Positions 22,743 to 35,190 of a stretch of 64,000 nt of DNA are shown one piece after another (position 1 is the stretch's first letter; each line of letters begins with the position of its first letter). The stretch spans positions 64,001 to 128,000 of the forward strand of contig OZ219790.1 of NCBI GenBank assembly GCA_964291215.2. The letters are read 5' to 3'. The translations under genes and the position numbers were made by a program. Origin of the DNA: Alphaproteobacteria bacterium (GTDB lineage: Bacteria > Pseudomonadota > Alphaproteobacteria > MPNO01 > UBA830). The notes under the pieces are model-generated. The model did not search any database. It saw nothing but the letters and a program-made list of their open reading frames with translations, and had not been told where the DNA came from.

Positions 22743-24476
22743 CTAGTCTGAAGTTCCAGAGCCGATCAGACGTAAGTACTTGATAGAAATGACATTCGAT
22801 ACATTTCAGCGGTCTGGGTACACTATGGCTTCACGCCCAGGAGCTTGAAAGCCCTTCTCTGGAGCGGCGTGGGCCGTGTGGTGACCGGGAAGGGTTCGGC
22901 GCCCGCAAGGCGGGGCGCCACGGTGTTGCGGGTGGCAAGATCGCCGATGAGGGTGCGGAAGCTGTGCCCCCTCCGGGCGTCCTTTTCGTGGCCGCCTTGG
23001 CCCGGGCGCTCGCCGAGACTTCTGCCGGCGCCACGACGGACGGCCGCCTTCGGCATCCTCGTCGTCGAACAGCATGGGCTTCAGTCGCATGTGCCATTCG
23101 ATGTAGTAGGCGAGCATGCACAGGAAGACGCGGACTCGGGGTGCGGTGGTAGACGGGGCGCACCTTCAGGTCCTTGAGGCTGCGGAAGGTCCGTTCCACG
23201 GAGCTCAACCGCTTGTAGGTCCGCACCGTGCCGGGACCGTCGAGCTCGCTCTGCGGCAGGCGGATCACGTAGAGGAGCTGGGCCTCGGCGGCGATGGCAG
23301 CCGCATCGCGCCCATAGGTGAAGACCCCCTCGTCGTCGATGGACCACGTGAAATGCTTGGCCATCCTGCCGATGACCTTCCGCTCCCCGATCTTCCCGGC
23401 GCCCTTGAGACGGCGCTGGTCTCGCCGTGTCGCTGCGGCAATCGGTGCGAGCAGGGCCTCGGTGGCCTCGAGCAGTTCCTGGCGCTTCCGGTCCTCGGCC
23501 AGCAGCGGGTTGCGGCAGAGGCGCTCGCCGGGATACGCATCGCTGGTGATCTCCACCAAGTCCCTCTCGTCGAAGAGCGACATCTCGACATCGCCGGCCT
23601 CCACCAGGGAACGGATACCCCTCAAGGCGCTGGCCCGCAGGCTTCACCTCCTCGCGGGCCTCGGTCAGCATCCCCCACCAGCACCACCTTCGCCAGGGAG
23701 AACCGCTCCTGCAGCGTGGTGATCTGCGAGGACAGCGTCGCCGGGTGTTGCCGGGGAACACCGACACCCGTCCCGGTCGCACAGAAGGCCGACTGCAGCT
23801 TGCCCTTCTTGCCATCCCGGGAATGACCTCGCCTGGCCAAGGGGCACCCCTCCATCCACACGGAAGTCAGGAGCACCAGGCAGCCTTCTTCGAGGTGCCG
23901 CCAGGGGATCCTCTCCTGACGTTCCAGGAGCCGTAGAGGGCGTCCTCGTCCATCTCCGCATCGAGGAGCTCGCCCAGAGTGCTGACCGCTGTGGCCATCC
24001 CCCTGGCCAGCTTCGAGGCGGGCTCGAGGATGCGTGCCACGATCATGGCGAGAACCTGATCGCGCTCGGGAGAAGGCTTCGGGTCGATCCGCCGGTCCAG
24101 TTTCTTCAGGGTTCCCAGCACCGCGGCCACATGGGGTAGGGAGCGGACGAGGCGTCGTCGAGACCTGCGGTTCCTCCCTTGAGCAGAATGCGCAATCCCT
24201 CGATGAGAGCGGGCTTGGAAAGGTTGGCGAGGGTGCGCTTCTTGACTGCTCCGGCTTTGCGCTAGGACTCGCGGAGCAGGATGGCGGGCGGGGACGAGCG
24301 CTTGGGGACGGATTCGATATACATGGCTACTGCATATAGGCGCAAGATCCATGGATGTCAAGCACCGAAAACCGTATTACATGGGTACATTCTGACGCAC
24401 GAAAAATCCGACAAACCACGCTGCATCAATGACTTGACGTGCATTTCAGCCGGAATTTTCTGGAACTTCTGTCTAG
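22743..24476 (-). mobile_element. IS1634-family element copy 1, degraded
   Basis: Ends CTAGTCTGAAGTTCCAG / CTAGACAGAAGTTCCAG; YIESVPKRSSPPAILLRES, GHSRDGKKGKLQ, VE..FRSLK. Confidence 0.85.
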
Positions 24477-25360
24477 TGTTATGTCAGCAATGATATGTCG
24501 TACATTTGGCGCTGGACTGTCCGTTCATTCGGGATGGAGGTCGGAGTATGAAACGCTACGTGGTGACCTTGGACGAACGGGCAGAACTTTCGGAGATCAC
24601 GACCAAGGGCTCGCACCTGTCGCAAAAGGTGATCAACGCCCTGCTTAACTGCGACGAGGGCGCGTTCAATGAATGCCAGATGACCGGGAAGGTCATTGCC
24701 GGGATTCTGCGCATCAGCATGCGCAAAGTAGACCGGGTGAAGAAGCGTTTCGTGGAAGAGGGGCTGGAGGCGGTATTGGGTGGCCGGCGCCGTCCTACCT
24801 ATATGCGAAAAGCCGACGGCACCTTCGAGGCGCGTGGCCCTGAGTTGTGGCGAACCGCCCGAGGGACACGCGCAATGGTCGTTGCGGCTGCTGGCCGACC
24901 GCGTTGTCGAGCTTGGTTACGCCGTGTCACACGAGATGGTGCGGCGTGTTCTAAAAAAAATTGCCTCAAGCCATGGCAGCGGGTGGGTGATTCCTCCTCA
25001 AGGGAACGCCGACATCGCCGGGCGCTACCAGGATGCCACCACCATCACCCTGGTGATGGACAATCTCAACACTCCCCGGTGCCTTCTATGAGGCCTACCC
25101 GCCGGACGAGGCCTTGTGGGACCGCTTCGAGTTCGTCTGCACCCCCAAGCACGGCAGTTGGCTGAACGTGGTGGAACTCAACGTCATGATCCGCCAGTGC
25201 CTGAACCGCCGCATCGACTGCATCGAGGTGCTACGCCGGGAAGTCGCCGCCTGGCAGGCGACCGCATTCAGGCCAAGGTGGATTGGCAGTTCACCACCGA
25301 CGATGCCCGCGTGAAACTCAAACGCCTTTATCCAACATTTGACGAAGCACAAGACACTAG
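24473..25360 (+). mobile_element. IS630-family element (second type), degraded
   Basis: CTAG-bounded; MKRYVVTL, DNLNT, TPKHGSWLN. Confidence 0.85.
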
Positions 25361-25552
25361 TGCTGCGGGGGCCGGGATTGAAGGAAATTCCGGCGGACAA
25401 CATGGCAGACTTCGAGGAGGCGGTGTGGAAATCGACCATTCCCTTCTTGGTAGAGGCCCGCGACTGGTCCCGCCAGCCGAAGCAGTTCCACCGAGAGATT
25501 GAGCGGGCCCATGTAGTGCTGACCAAATCTCCGGCCTTCGCCAAGCATTGGC

Positions 25553-25631
25553 TTAAGCCGAAGTTCCAGAGCCGATCAGACGTAAGGGTTTGTCACCAAA
25601 TGATCGAATCCGTGTATCTACTCACCCCTAG
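25553..25631. mobile_element. Orphan IS1634 end followed by the terminal 18 bp of an IS66
   Basis: CCGAAGTTCCAGAGCCGATCAG, then GTATCTACTCACCCCTAG (25614-25631). Confidence 0.75.
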
Positions 25632-27336
25632 TCCGAAGTTCCAGAAGATTCCGGTTGAAATGCACGTCAAGTCATTGATGTAGCGTGGTTTATCGGATTT
25701 TTCGTGCGTCAGATTGTACCCATGTAATATTATGTTGGATGCTTGACATCCATGGATCTGCCGCCTATAGTCATGTATATCGAATCCATCCCCAACCGCT
25801 CGTCCCCGCCCGCCATCCTGCTCCGCGAGTCCTGCCGCGAAGCCGGAACGGTCAAGAAGCGCACCCTCGCCAACCTTTCCAAGTGGTCGCCCGCTCTCAT
25901 CGAGGGATTGCGCATTCTGCTCAAGGGAGGAACCGCAGGTCTCGACGACGCCTCTTCCGCTCTCTTCCCCATGTCGCCGCGGTGCTGGGAACCCTGAAGA
26001 AACTGGACCGGCGGATCGACCCGAAGCCTTCTCCCGAGCGCGATCAGGTTCTCGCCATGATCGTGGCACGCATCCTTGAGCCCGCCTCGAAGCTGGCCAA
26101 GGGGCTGGCGACAGCGGTCAGCGCCTTGGGTGAGATGCGGAGTTGGACGAGAATGCCCTCTACGGCTCCTGGAACGTCAGGAGAGGATCCCCTGGCGGCA
26201 CCTCGAAGAGGGCTGCCTGGTGCTCCTGACTTCCGTGTGGATGGAGGGAAGAGCATGCCCCTTGGCCCAACGGGGTCATTCCCGGGATGGCAAGAAGGGC
26301 AAGCTGCAGTCGGCCTTCTGTGCGACCGGGACGGGTGTCGGTGCGGGTGTTCCCCGGCAACACCCGGCCACGGTGTCCTCACAGATCGCCACGCTGCGGG
26401 AGCGGTTCTCCTTTGCGAAGGTGGTGGGGGACCGGGGGACCGAGGCCCGCGAGGAGGTCAAGCCTGCGGGCCAGCGCCTTGAGGGGCATCCGTTCACTGG
26501 TGGAGGCCGGCGACGATGTCGCTCTTCGACGAGAGGGACCTTGTGGAGATCATCAGCAATGCGTATCCCGGCGAACGCCTCTGCCGCAACCCCCTGCTGG
26601 ATCGGGCTCGCAAGCGCCAGGAACTGCTCGAGGCCACCGAGGCTCGCACCGATTGCCGCAGCGACACGGCGCGACAAGCGCCGCCTCAAGGGTGCCGGGA
26701 AGATCGGGGAGCGGAAGGTCATCGGCAGGATGGCGAAGCACTTCACGTGGTCCATCGACGATGACGGTGTCTTCACCTATGGGCGCGATGAGGCTGCGAT
26801 CGCTGCCGAGGCTCCTCTACGTGGTCCGCCTGCCGCAGAGCGAGCTCGACGGTCCCGCGCGCCTACAAGCGGCTGAGCTCCGTGGAACGGGCCTTCCGCA
26901 GCCTCAAGGACCTGAAGGTCCGTCCCGTCTACCCGAACCCCGAGTCCGCGTCTTCCTGTGCATGCTCGCCTACTACGTCGAATGGCACATGCGACTGAAG
27001 CCCATGCTGTTCGACGACGAGGATGCCGAAGGCGGCCGTCCGTCGTGGCGCCGGCAGAAGTCTCGGCGAGCGCCCGGGCCAAGGCGACAACGAAGAGGAC
27101 GCCCGGAGGGGGCACAGCTTCCGCACCCTCATCGGCGATCTTGCCACCCGCAACACCGTGGCGCCCCGCCTTGCGGGCGCCGAACCCTTCCAGGTCACCA
27201 CATGGCCCACGCCGCTCCAGAGAAGGGCATTCAAGCTCCTGGGCGTGAAGCCATAGTGTACCGAGACCGCTGAAATGTATCGAATGTCATTTCTATCAGA
27301 TACTTAGGACTGATCGGCTCTGGAACTTCGGGCTAG
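25628..27336 (+). mobile_element. IS1634-family element copy 2, degraded
   Basis: Inverted near-copy of 22743-24476; CTAG-bounded. Confidence 0.85.
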
Positions 27337-28046
27337 TGTCTTGTCATTCATAAAATGTCGAATAAATACGTTTGAGTTTCACGCGGGCATCGTCGGTGGT
27401 GAACTGCCAATCCACCTTGGCCTGGATGCGGTCGCCTGCCAGGCGGCAACTTCCCGGCGTAGCACCTCGATGCAGTCGATGCGGCGGTTCAGGCGGATCA
27501 TGACGTTGAGTTCCACCACGTTCAGCCAACTGCCGTGCTTGGGGGTGTAGACGAACTCGAAGCGGTCCCACAAGGCCTTGGCCTCGTCCGGCGGGTAGGC
27601 CTCATAGAAGGCGCCGGGGAGTGTTGAGATTGGCCATCACCAGGGTGATGGTGGTGGCGTCCTAGTAGCGCTCGGCGATGTCGGCCAGGAACTGCGCCCA
27701 GTCGATCTTGCGCTCGGTTACCTTGGTCATGCGCTTGCCGGCCAGGGGTTCCGTGAAGACGTTGCAGGTACCGCAACGTCGATACTCGTAGTCGTTACGT
27801 GCTGACCGTCCCGGCGCCATGGCGATCGGTTGCCGTGTCTCGCCGGTCGGGGCGTTTCGTCCATGCAGACCACGGGGAAGGCGGCGGGGCGGCGATAGAC
27901 ATCGAGCACCTTTTCCATCGCTGCGGCGAAGTCGGCGTTCCCTTGAGGAGGAATTACCCACCCAACCCGCTGCCATGGCTTGAGGCAGTTTTTTTTAGAA
28001 CACGCCGCACCGTCTCGTGTGACACGGTATCAATGTAACCAAGCTC
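27333..28046 (-). mobile_element. IS630 3' half
   Basis: Homologous to 24900-25360; begins with the 8-mer GAGCTTGG (28046-28039). Confidence 0.8.
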
Positions 28047-29566
28047 GTATCTACTCACCCCTAATTGGGTTCTGATTGGTCGTAGTGCTCGTTGATGATG
28101 TCTGCGGCTTTTCCGTCGAGGGCGATCTGGGTGGCAACGAGTGGGTTGTAGCCGAGTGCGGCCATGGAGGTGAGGTAGCTTGAGCCCCGGCACCATACTT
28201 TTGCGTGGAGCGGAAGCATCCGGACACCTTGACCTTTGCCATCCTGATCTTCTGTTCTCCGGCATTGTTGGTGAAGCTGACATCGGGGTCGTCTGTGAAG
28301 CGCAGGTTTTCGTGTTTCACGAGACGTTCGTGCAGGTTGTGCGCGTCGGACTTGCGTCCACGTTTTCCTTTCGGCGGCGGCGGGATATCGGGCAGTTCCC
28401 TGGCGCCCTGATGGTGCGGTAGCGCTTGCGCCCGGCGTCGTTCAGGGTCTTGGATGCGCTCTTGTTGATCTTGTGGCAGGGAGCAGGCTCTTCATCAGTC
28501 GCGCGGTAGCCTCGACGACAAAGGTCAGTTCGCGCAGCAGGTGGCTGCCGCACAACTGGTGGCTACACTGGCCCATGTACGAGGCCCAGGACGCCCTTGT
28601 AGCACGGGCCGATCTCTTGCCCGCGCTTGCGGTGCGGGAACTTGCACGTCAGGGTCCCACGACATGGAGCCACTTACTGTTGATCCGAAATCATCGACAT
28701 CGGGCGTTGCAGGAGGTGCGCCACGGCGGCCTCCTCCCATGACACATCGTGAAAGCATAGCCGAGGCAGGTTGCCTCGGAGAGCTTGATGCCGGAGATCG
28801 CCTGCACGAGCGCGACGGCGCAGGGACAGCATCTGGGCGACCAGCAGGTTGATGACGAGGGCTTGGATGTCGATGCCGTACTGCACGGGATGTTGTCGGG
28901 GAACCGGCCCTTGGTTCGGGCCTTGCACTTCGGGCATTCCTTGATCTCGGCGCGGCGCTCGACGACCTCGAACACGATGTCGTGCGGCGCTCCCGATCGA
29001 CGGGGGCGTCGATGTCGGCGCCGCAGGCGTCGCAGGCCGCGACCGTCTCCTCGACGATAGTCTTGCGCAGGTTGTCGCCCATCTGCCGGTTCGGCTTCGG
29101 GCCCTTGCCGTTGCTCCCGGCACGCTCTCGTCCTTGTCCGTCTGTGACGGCGACAGACCGGAGTTCCGGCTCGTGCGTGGTCTTCTCCAGAAGGACGACG
29201 ATGAGGATGTCGAGCAGGATGACGAAGACGCGGATCACGGCCTCTTCCGCCACCTTGCCGGCCGCACGCAGCGCCTTGGCCGCTTCGAACTCCTCGCGCG
29301 CCGCCCGTCGCCATCACCCGGCCTTGCGCTTCATCAGCGCGCCGCCTCCGAGATGCGTTTTCACATACAGATCATGCGGGGGCCGGAGCCCCGGAAGCAG
29401 CTGGCACAGCCCGCTCGTCGCCTTCGATCCAAAGTAGCCCACTGGCGGTCCCCGTCGTTCTCGATTACCACCACTAAACGAATCGGCCTGCAGTGTCAAA
29501 TCTCCACGAAAACCCGTTCGTTGCTCTACCCCGACATCAAGCCGGAACCAGGGGGTGAGCAGTTAC
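28047..29566 (-). mobile_element. IS66-family element copy C
   Basis: Both TIRs present; same Dam-like remnant. Confidence 0.88.
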
Positions 29567-29842
29567 CCTGCACGAACGTCTCGTGAAACACGAAAACCTG
29601 CGCTTCACAGACGACCCCAACGTCAGCTTCACCAACAATGCCGGAGAACAGAAGATCAGGATGGCAAAGGTCAAGGTGTCCGGATGCTTCCGCTCCACGC
29701 AAAAGCATGGTGCCGGGGCTCAAGCTACCTCACCTCCATGGCCGCACTCGGCTACAGCCCACTCGTCGCCACCCAGATCGCCCTCGACGGAAAAGCCGCA
29801 GACATCATCAACGAGCACTACGACCAATCAGAACCCAACTAG
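29567..29842 (+). mobile_element. IS66 3' fragment cut at its subterminal CTAG
   Basis: Ends AACCCAACTAG, followed directly by IS630. Confidence 0.8.
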
Positions 29843-30288
29843 TGTTATGTCAGCAATGATATGTCGTACATTTGGTACTAGACTGTCCGTCCATTCGGGA
29901 TGGAGGTCGGAGTATGAAACGCTACGTGGTGACCCTGGACGAACGGGCAGAACTTTCGGAGATCACGACCAAGGGCTCGCACCTGTCGCAAAAGGTAATC
30001 AACGCCCTGATCCTGCTTAACTGCGACGAGGGCGCGTTCAATGAATGCCAGATGACCGGGAAGGTCATTGCTGAGATTCTGCGCATCAGCATGCGCAAGG
30101 TAGACCGGGTGAAAAAGCGTTTCGAGGGGCTGGAGGCGGCATTGGGTGGCCGGCAAGGACGCCGTCCTACCTACATGCGAAAAGCCGACGGCACCTTCGA
30201 GGCGCGTGGCCCTGAGTTGTGGTGAACCGCCTGAGGGTTACGCGCAATGGTCGTTGCGGCTGCTGGCCGACCGCGTTGTCGAGCTTGG
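29839..30288 (+). mobile_element. IS630 5' half
   Basis: Near-identical to 24473-24915; ends with GAGCTTGG (30281-30288). Confidence 0.8.
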
Positions 30289-30534
30289 GTATCTGCTCAC
30301 CCCTAGTTGGGTTCTGATTGGTCGTGGTGCTCGTTGATGATGTCTGCGGCTTTTCCGTCGAGGGCGATCTGGGTGGCGACGAGTGGGTTGTAGCCGAGTG
30401 CGGCCATGGAGGTGAGGTAGCTTGAGCCCCGGCACCATGCTTTTGCGTGGAGCGGAAGCATCCGGACACCTTGAGCTTGACCTTTGCCATCCTGATCTTC
30501 TGTTCTCCGGCATTGTTGGTGAAGCTGACGTCGG

Positions 30535-33500
30535 GTGCGCCAGGCAAACTGGTGGAATGTGGCCGGGTGCAAGTCCCGGCAGGAAGAGAGGCTAATTTCT
30601 CCGTGAACCATGCGTCGTGAGGCGAAGCGTTGGGGAGCGGCAGGTCAGGCTATTGAGCCACGAGATGCTTTGAAACCGGAGTGCCGAGGTCGTGGCCGAA
30701 GGCAACGAGCCGCGTTGGTGAGGGGGGCTCCGCGGGGTCCGAAAACCATGGCCGAAGCAGGGACCTGGGAGGTCTTGCCCCTCTGTCGTAGAGGGGCCGC
30801 AGAGGAAATTCCGTAAGCGGATGATGAACGAGAAGTCAGATTCGGCCATAGTGTGTGCTGGGCAGCGCCCAGATCAGGTGGGTTCAAGTCCCACTGGCGC
30901 TCGGGTAAGGGGCGCCATATCCAAAAGCGGGGGTAATTCCTCGCTGGCCGGGGTGAGCGAATAAGCGACGCCCTAAACGGGCACGAAGTTGGAAACGACG
31001 GAAACTGCCAAGGGAAGAGCTAAGTTGGTTCACTGTCGAGAGACAACCGGAGGGCAGGGTGTCCACCGTGAGGTGGAATCTGAAGGGCCTGCGGAGAAGT
31101 ACCGGGCCGTAATCGAGGGCCCATGATGAATCGGTCGGCCAAAGACGGGGTAAGGTCGAGCCGGCACTATGGCGGCGAAGGCGTTCTTACTCACCCGTCG
31201 CACCAAGGTGTTTGCGAACGGCGGAAGATCTGGACGTGACCCCAGGAGGGCTCGTCGTGTTCCCGGGTGGCACCGGGATAACGGCCCCTATAAGCCGAGA
31301 GGCGAACTGGGAAAGGATGCGCGGCGAGCAATCGGACAACCGAATAGTACCACAAGCCCGGCGAAAGCCGGGTGACCGCGCGAGCGGCGACCGGGTGGGT
31401 CGGGGAAGGCGGTTGGCAGAGGTGGTTGGTGAGAGACGGTGAAGGAGCGAGTAAGGATCATGACGCGGACAAGTTCCATGAGCCCGGACGTCATGGGCCG
31501 AGGAGACTGGTTCACTAGCTCAACCTGACGGGAGAAAGGAAGGTCCACTCACTGAAGGTGTACAAGCGGAAGAATCTTGAGGTGGCCTGGGAGAAGGTCA
31601 AGCGCAACCGCGGTGCCGGTGGCGTGGATGGAGAGGACCTGGCGGCGTTCGAGGCATCGCTTGATGCGAATCTCGATCGCTTGCACCGAGAGTTGCGGGA
31701 CGGTGATTACGTACCGCAGCCGGTTCTCCAACGCCTGATACCCAAGGCGGGCCAGCCGGGGAAGCTACGTCCTCTTGGCATCCCGACGATTTACGATCGG
31801 GTGTGTCAGCAGGCGCTGCTGAACCGGCTGGAGCCGATCTTCGAGCCGATTTTCGATGATGCCAACTTCGGTATCGGCAAGGGAGGTCCGCCCGCACTAC
31901 GCAAGATATGGAAGGAGAGGGCCGGGAGTGGGTTGTTGACGCGGATTTTTCTTCGGATCCGTGGGCCACGCGAAGCTTCTTGAGCTTGTGAACCAGCGCG
32001 TCTCGGATGGCCGGGTGTTGGGCCTGCTCCGGCAGATGCTCACGGCCAGCGTGGTGGCTGAAGGAAAAAGGCTGCCGGGGTACTCCACAGGGCGGTGTTG
32101 TATCAGCGCTGCTCAGTAACATCTTGCTGACACCGTTTGATTGGGAAATGCGGCGGCTATCGATTGACTGCTGATGACTGGCTGGTGACGTGCGCGAGGA
32201 AGCTCACGCGGCATTGGCCAGACGGATCCTGGCCAAGTGACCCTGAATGCCGGGAAGACCCGGACCGTTCACATCAGGCACGGGTTCGAGTTCCTCGGCT
32301 ACAAGATCAAGCAGGGCAAGAAGCCACTCCGGTTGCACGCCTCGAAGATCAAGAGCGGGGTGAGCGGGAGGACACGCTATGCGGTTCCCCGTGCGAAATC
32401 GATCCAGCACTTCAAGGACCAGATCCGCCAGCGCACCCGGCGCAAAGCTCCTGTCAGTACGCAGGAGTTGATCGATGAGATCAATCCAGTCATTCGGGGT
32501 TGGGGCCAATACTACTGCAAGGCCCACATCCGCAAGCTCTTCCACCAGCTTGACGGCTGGATCGTTCGGCGGCTTTGGTCGCATCGTCGCAAGCGCTGGC
32601 GCAACGCCGGCTGGAAACAGCTGCCGGAGCGCAAGCTGAGTACGGGCTTGTTCGCTTGTGGTCTCTTCCTTGAACCTTCGACGAGACACCTCTGTGAAAG
32701 CGGCTTACGGGAAAGGGCCGTTTGAGCGGCGGACGGAGGCCAGCCCTTCGGGGCGCCTCCTCCGACCCGACACCGCTGAAGGCGGCGAACAAGGGCTCTC
32801 CGGAGCCTGCGGAGTTGCTGGAGGGAAGGGCAATGCGGTTGGCCCGCGCCGCGCGCAGAAGCGGGTCACAGGCGGCTGAACGCAGGTAGCGAAGAGGAAC
32901 CCGGAAGAGCGTCTTGTGGCGCTACTCCACCACGTGATGTTCTGCGTTCCATTCCTTGAGGAAGGATGCGGCGGCGGGGCGTTGTGTGGCAAACGTACGG
33001 GGTGGAACTGCCTGCACGCCCGTGTGCACAGGGGCGGGCGCCTCCGGGGTCTGCATTCCCAAGGAGGGGCAACTTGCCTCGGACAAGATTCTTCAGCGGG
33101 CGGTGTGATTCTGGTGCCGCGAAACGGAGTTCCTCGGTTCCGGCCGGGGCGCATCATGCGCCGTCACGGTGGAACGGCGGAAGGTCAACTGGATCGTTGA
33201 CGCCCGTGGGTTCTTCGACAACCGCGACCATCTGGTTGCGATGCTCGGGAAACGGATCGGGGGGTCTGATCATCAAGTGACCCCGGCGTCATGGAAGGGA
33301 CCGACTGGCAAGGGAACACCGCAAGGGGCGACGCCCTGCCTTGCGAACCTGCACTACGTGCGACTGGTTCCAGAACCACTGGCGCAAGCGGGACACGATC
33401 ATTATGCGGACGACTTCGTGTGCGGCTTTCAGAATCTGGGCGACGCTGGGACCTTGGGGAGAGACTGGCCCACTTGAACTGCACCCGGAAAATCATCGAG

Positions 33501-33932
33501 TTCGGTCGGTTTGCCAGAGCGAACCGCCGGAAGCGTGGACAAGACGTTCGACTTCCTCGGCATGACGCACTTCTGCGAACAGACGAGGAAAGGCAGGTTC
33601 AGGGTCGGTCGCAAACGGGCACCCTGCGGCGGATCAAGGAGGCCTTGCGCAAGCGGTGGCACGATAACCGGCACGAAACGGCCAAGTGGTGAGTTATCAA
33701 CGGCTGGCTCAACTACTACGTTGTTCCGGGAAGCAGCCTGCAGAAGTTCATACACCAATGCAAACGGCTGCGTGCCCTTCGGCGACGCCCCCAAAAAGAC
33801 TTCACCGGGGACACAGACACCCTCACCGCTGCCCACTGAGCCCGTGGCCAAACCAGCGCCTTGTCGTCAGGGGAGGAGCGAACAGCGCACGTCCGGTTCT
33901 GTGCGGGGGGTAACCCGGTTCCCTACCGCGAT
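30535..33932 (+). mobile_element. Group II intron (outer) with degraded RT/maturase at ~33100-33850
   Basis: 5' GTGCG; 3' ...GTCCGGTTCTGTGCGGGGG...CCCTACCGCGAT; RT motifs GTPQG, YADD, FDFLG. Confidence 0.85.
30853..32771 (+). mobile_element. Group II intron (inner) with degraded RT/maturase at ~31550-32700
   Basis: 5' GTGTG; 3' ...GAAAGCGG...TTTGAGCGGCGG...CCGACCCGAC; GAGGVDG, RPLGIPTIYDRVCQ, TPQGG, FEFLG, INPVIRGWGQYY. Confidence 0.85.
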
Positions 33933-35190
33933 GGTCGTCTGTGAAGCGCAGGTTTTCGTGTTTCACGAGACGTTCGTGCAGGTTGTGCGCGTTTGCGATG
34001 CGTTTTCCTTTCGCGGGATGTCGGGCAGTTCCCTGGCGCCCTGATGGTGCGGTTGCGGTCGGCCTCGTTCAGGGTCCTGGATGCGCTCTTGTTGATCTTG
34101 TGGCAAACCTCGCGGAGCAGGCTCTTCATCAGTCGCGCGGCAGCCTCGACGACGAAGGTCAGTTCGCGCAGCAGGTGGCTGCCGCTGGTGGCTACACTGC
34201 CATGTACGAGGCCCAGGACGCCCTTGTAGCACGGGCCGATCTCTTGCCCGCGCTTGCGATGTGGGAACTTGCACGTTCCGACGACATGGAGCCACTTGCT
34301 GTTGATCCGAAATCGTCGACATCGGGCGTTGCAGGAGGTGCGCCACGGCGGCCTCCTCCCATGACGCATCGTGAAAGCATGGCCGAGGCCTCGGAGAGCT
34401 TGATATCGCCTGCACGAGCGCGACGGCGCAGGGACAGAATTTGGGCGACCAGCAGGTTGATGACGAGGGCCTGGATGCCGTACTGCACGGGATGTTGTCG
34501 AGGAACCGGCCCTTGGTCCGGGCCTTGCACTTCGGGCATTCCTCGGCGTCGACGCGGCGCGACCTCGAACACGATGTCGTGCGGCGCTCGACGGGGCCGT
34601 CGGCGCCGCAGGCGTCGCAGGCCGCGACCGTTTCCTCGACGATGGTCTTGCGCAAGTTGTCGCCATCTGCTGGTTCGGCTTCGGGCCGTTGCTCCCGGCA
34701 CGCTCTCGTCCGTCTGTGACGGCGGCAGACCGGAGTTCCGGCTCGTGCGTGGCCTTCTCCAGAAGGACGACGATGAGGATGTCGAGCAGGATGACGAAGA
34801 CGCGGATCACGGCCTCTTCCGCCACCTTGCCGGCAGCGCCGCGGTCCTGGCCGCTTCGAACTCCTCGCGCGCCGCCCGTCGCCATCACCCGGCCTCGCCG
34901 CGAGCATCGCCTGACGCTCACCCGGCGGCATCTTCCGGTACTCCGCCTTGCGCTTCATCAGCGCGCCGCCTCCGAGATGCGTTTCCATATACAGATCATG
35001 CGGGGGCTGAAGCCCCGGAAGCAGCTGGCACAGCCCGCTCGTCGCCTTCGATCCAAAGTAGCCCACTGGCGGTCCCCATCGTTCTCGATTACCACCACTA
35101 AACGAATCGGCCTGCAGTGTCAAATCTCCACGAAAACCCGTTCGTTACTCTACCCCGACATCAAGCCGGAACCAAGGGGTGAGCAGTTAC

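Larger units (their letters stand above)
22607..25530 (+). pseudogene. MNT (minimal nucleotidyltransferase) split by tandem IS1634 + IS630
   Basis: 22607-22746 VEA*AYG.R...SDL and 25357-25530 LVLRGPGL...IPFLVEARDW...FHREIER; joined at a CTAG. Confidence 0.8.
30289..35190 (-). mobile_element. IS66-family element copy D, interrupted by nested group II introns
   Basis: TIRs at 30289 and 35190; host sequence rejoins seamlessly as GCTGACGTCGG|GGTCGTCTGTG. Confidence 0.88.

Noticed and set aside
5688-27664. Amber (TAG) stop-codon reassignment
   Set aside because: Core genes (dctP, mltB, dacA, metG) end in TAG. The internal TAGs replace both Trp and Gln codons and mostly lie in genes with other lesions.
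31550-33850. Retron, DGR or defence-associated reverse transcriptases
   Set aside because: Both RTs lie within GTGYG...AY boundaries with domain V/VI-like ends and maturase features; no TR/VR pair or msr-msd is seen.
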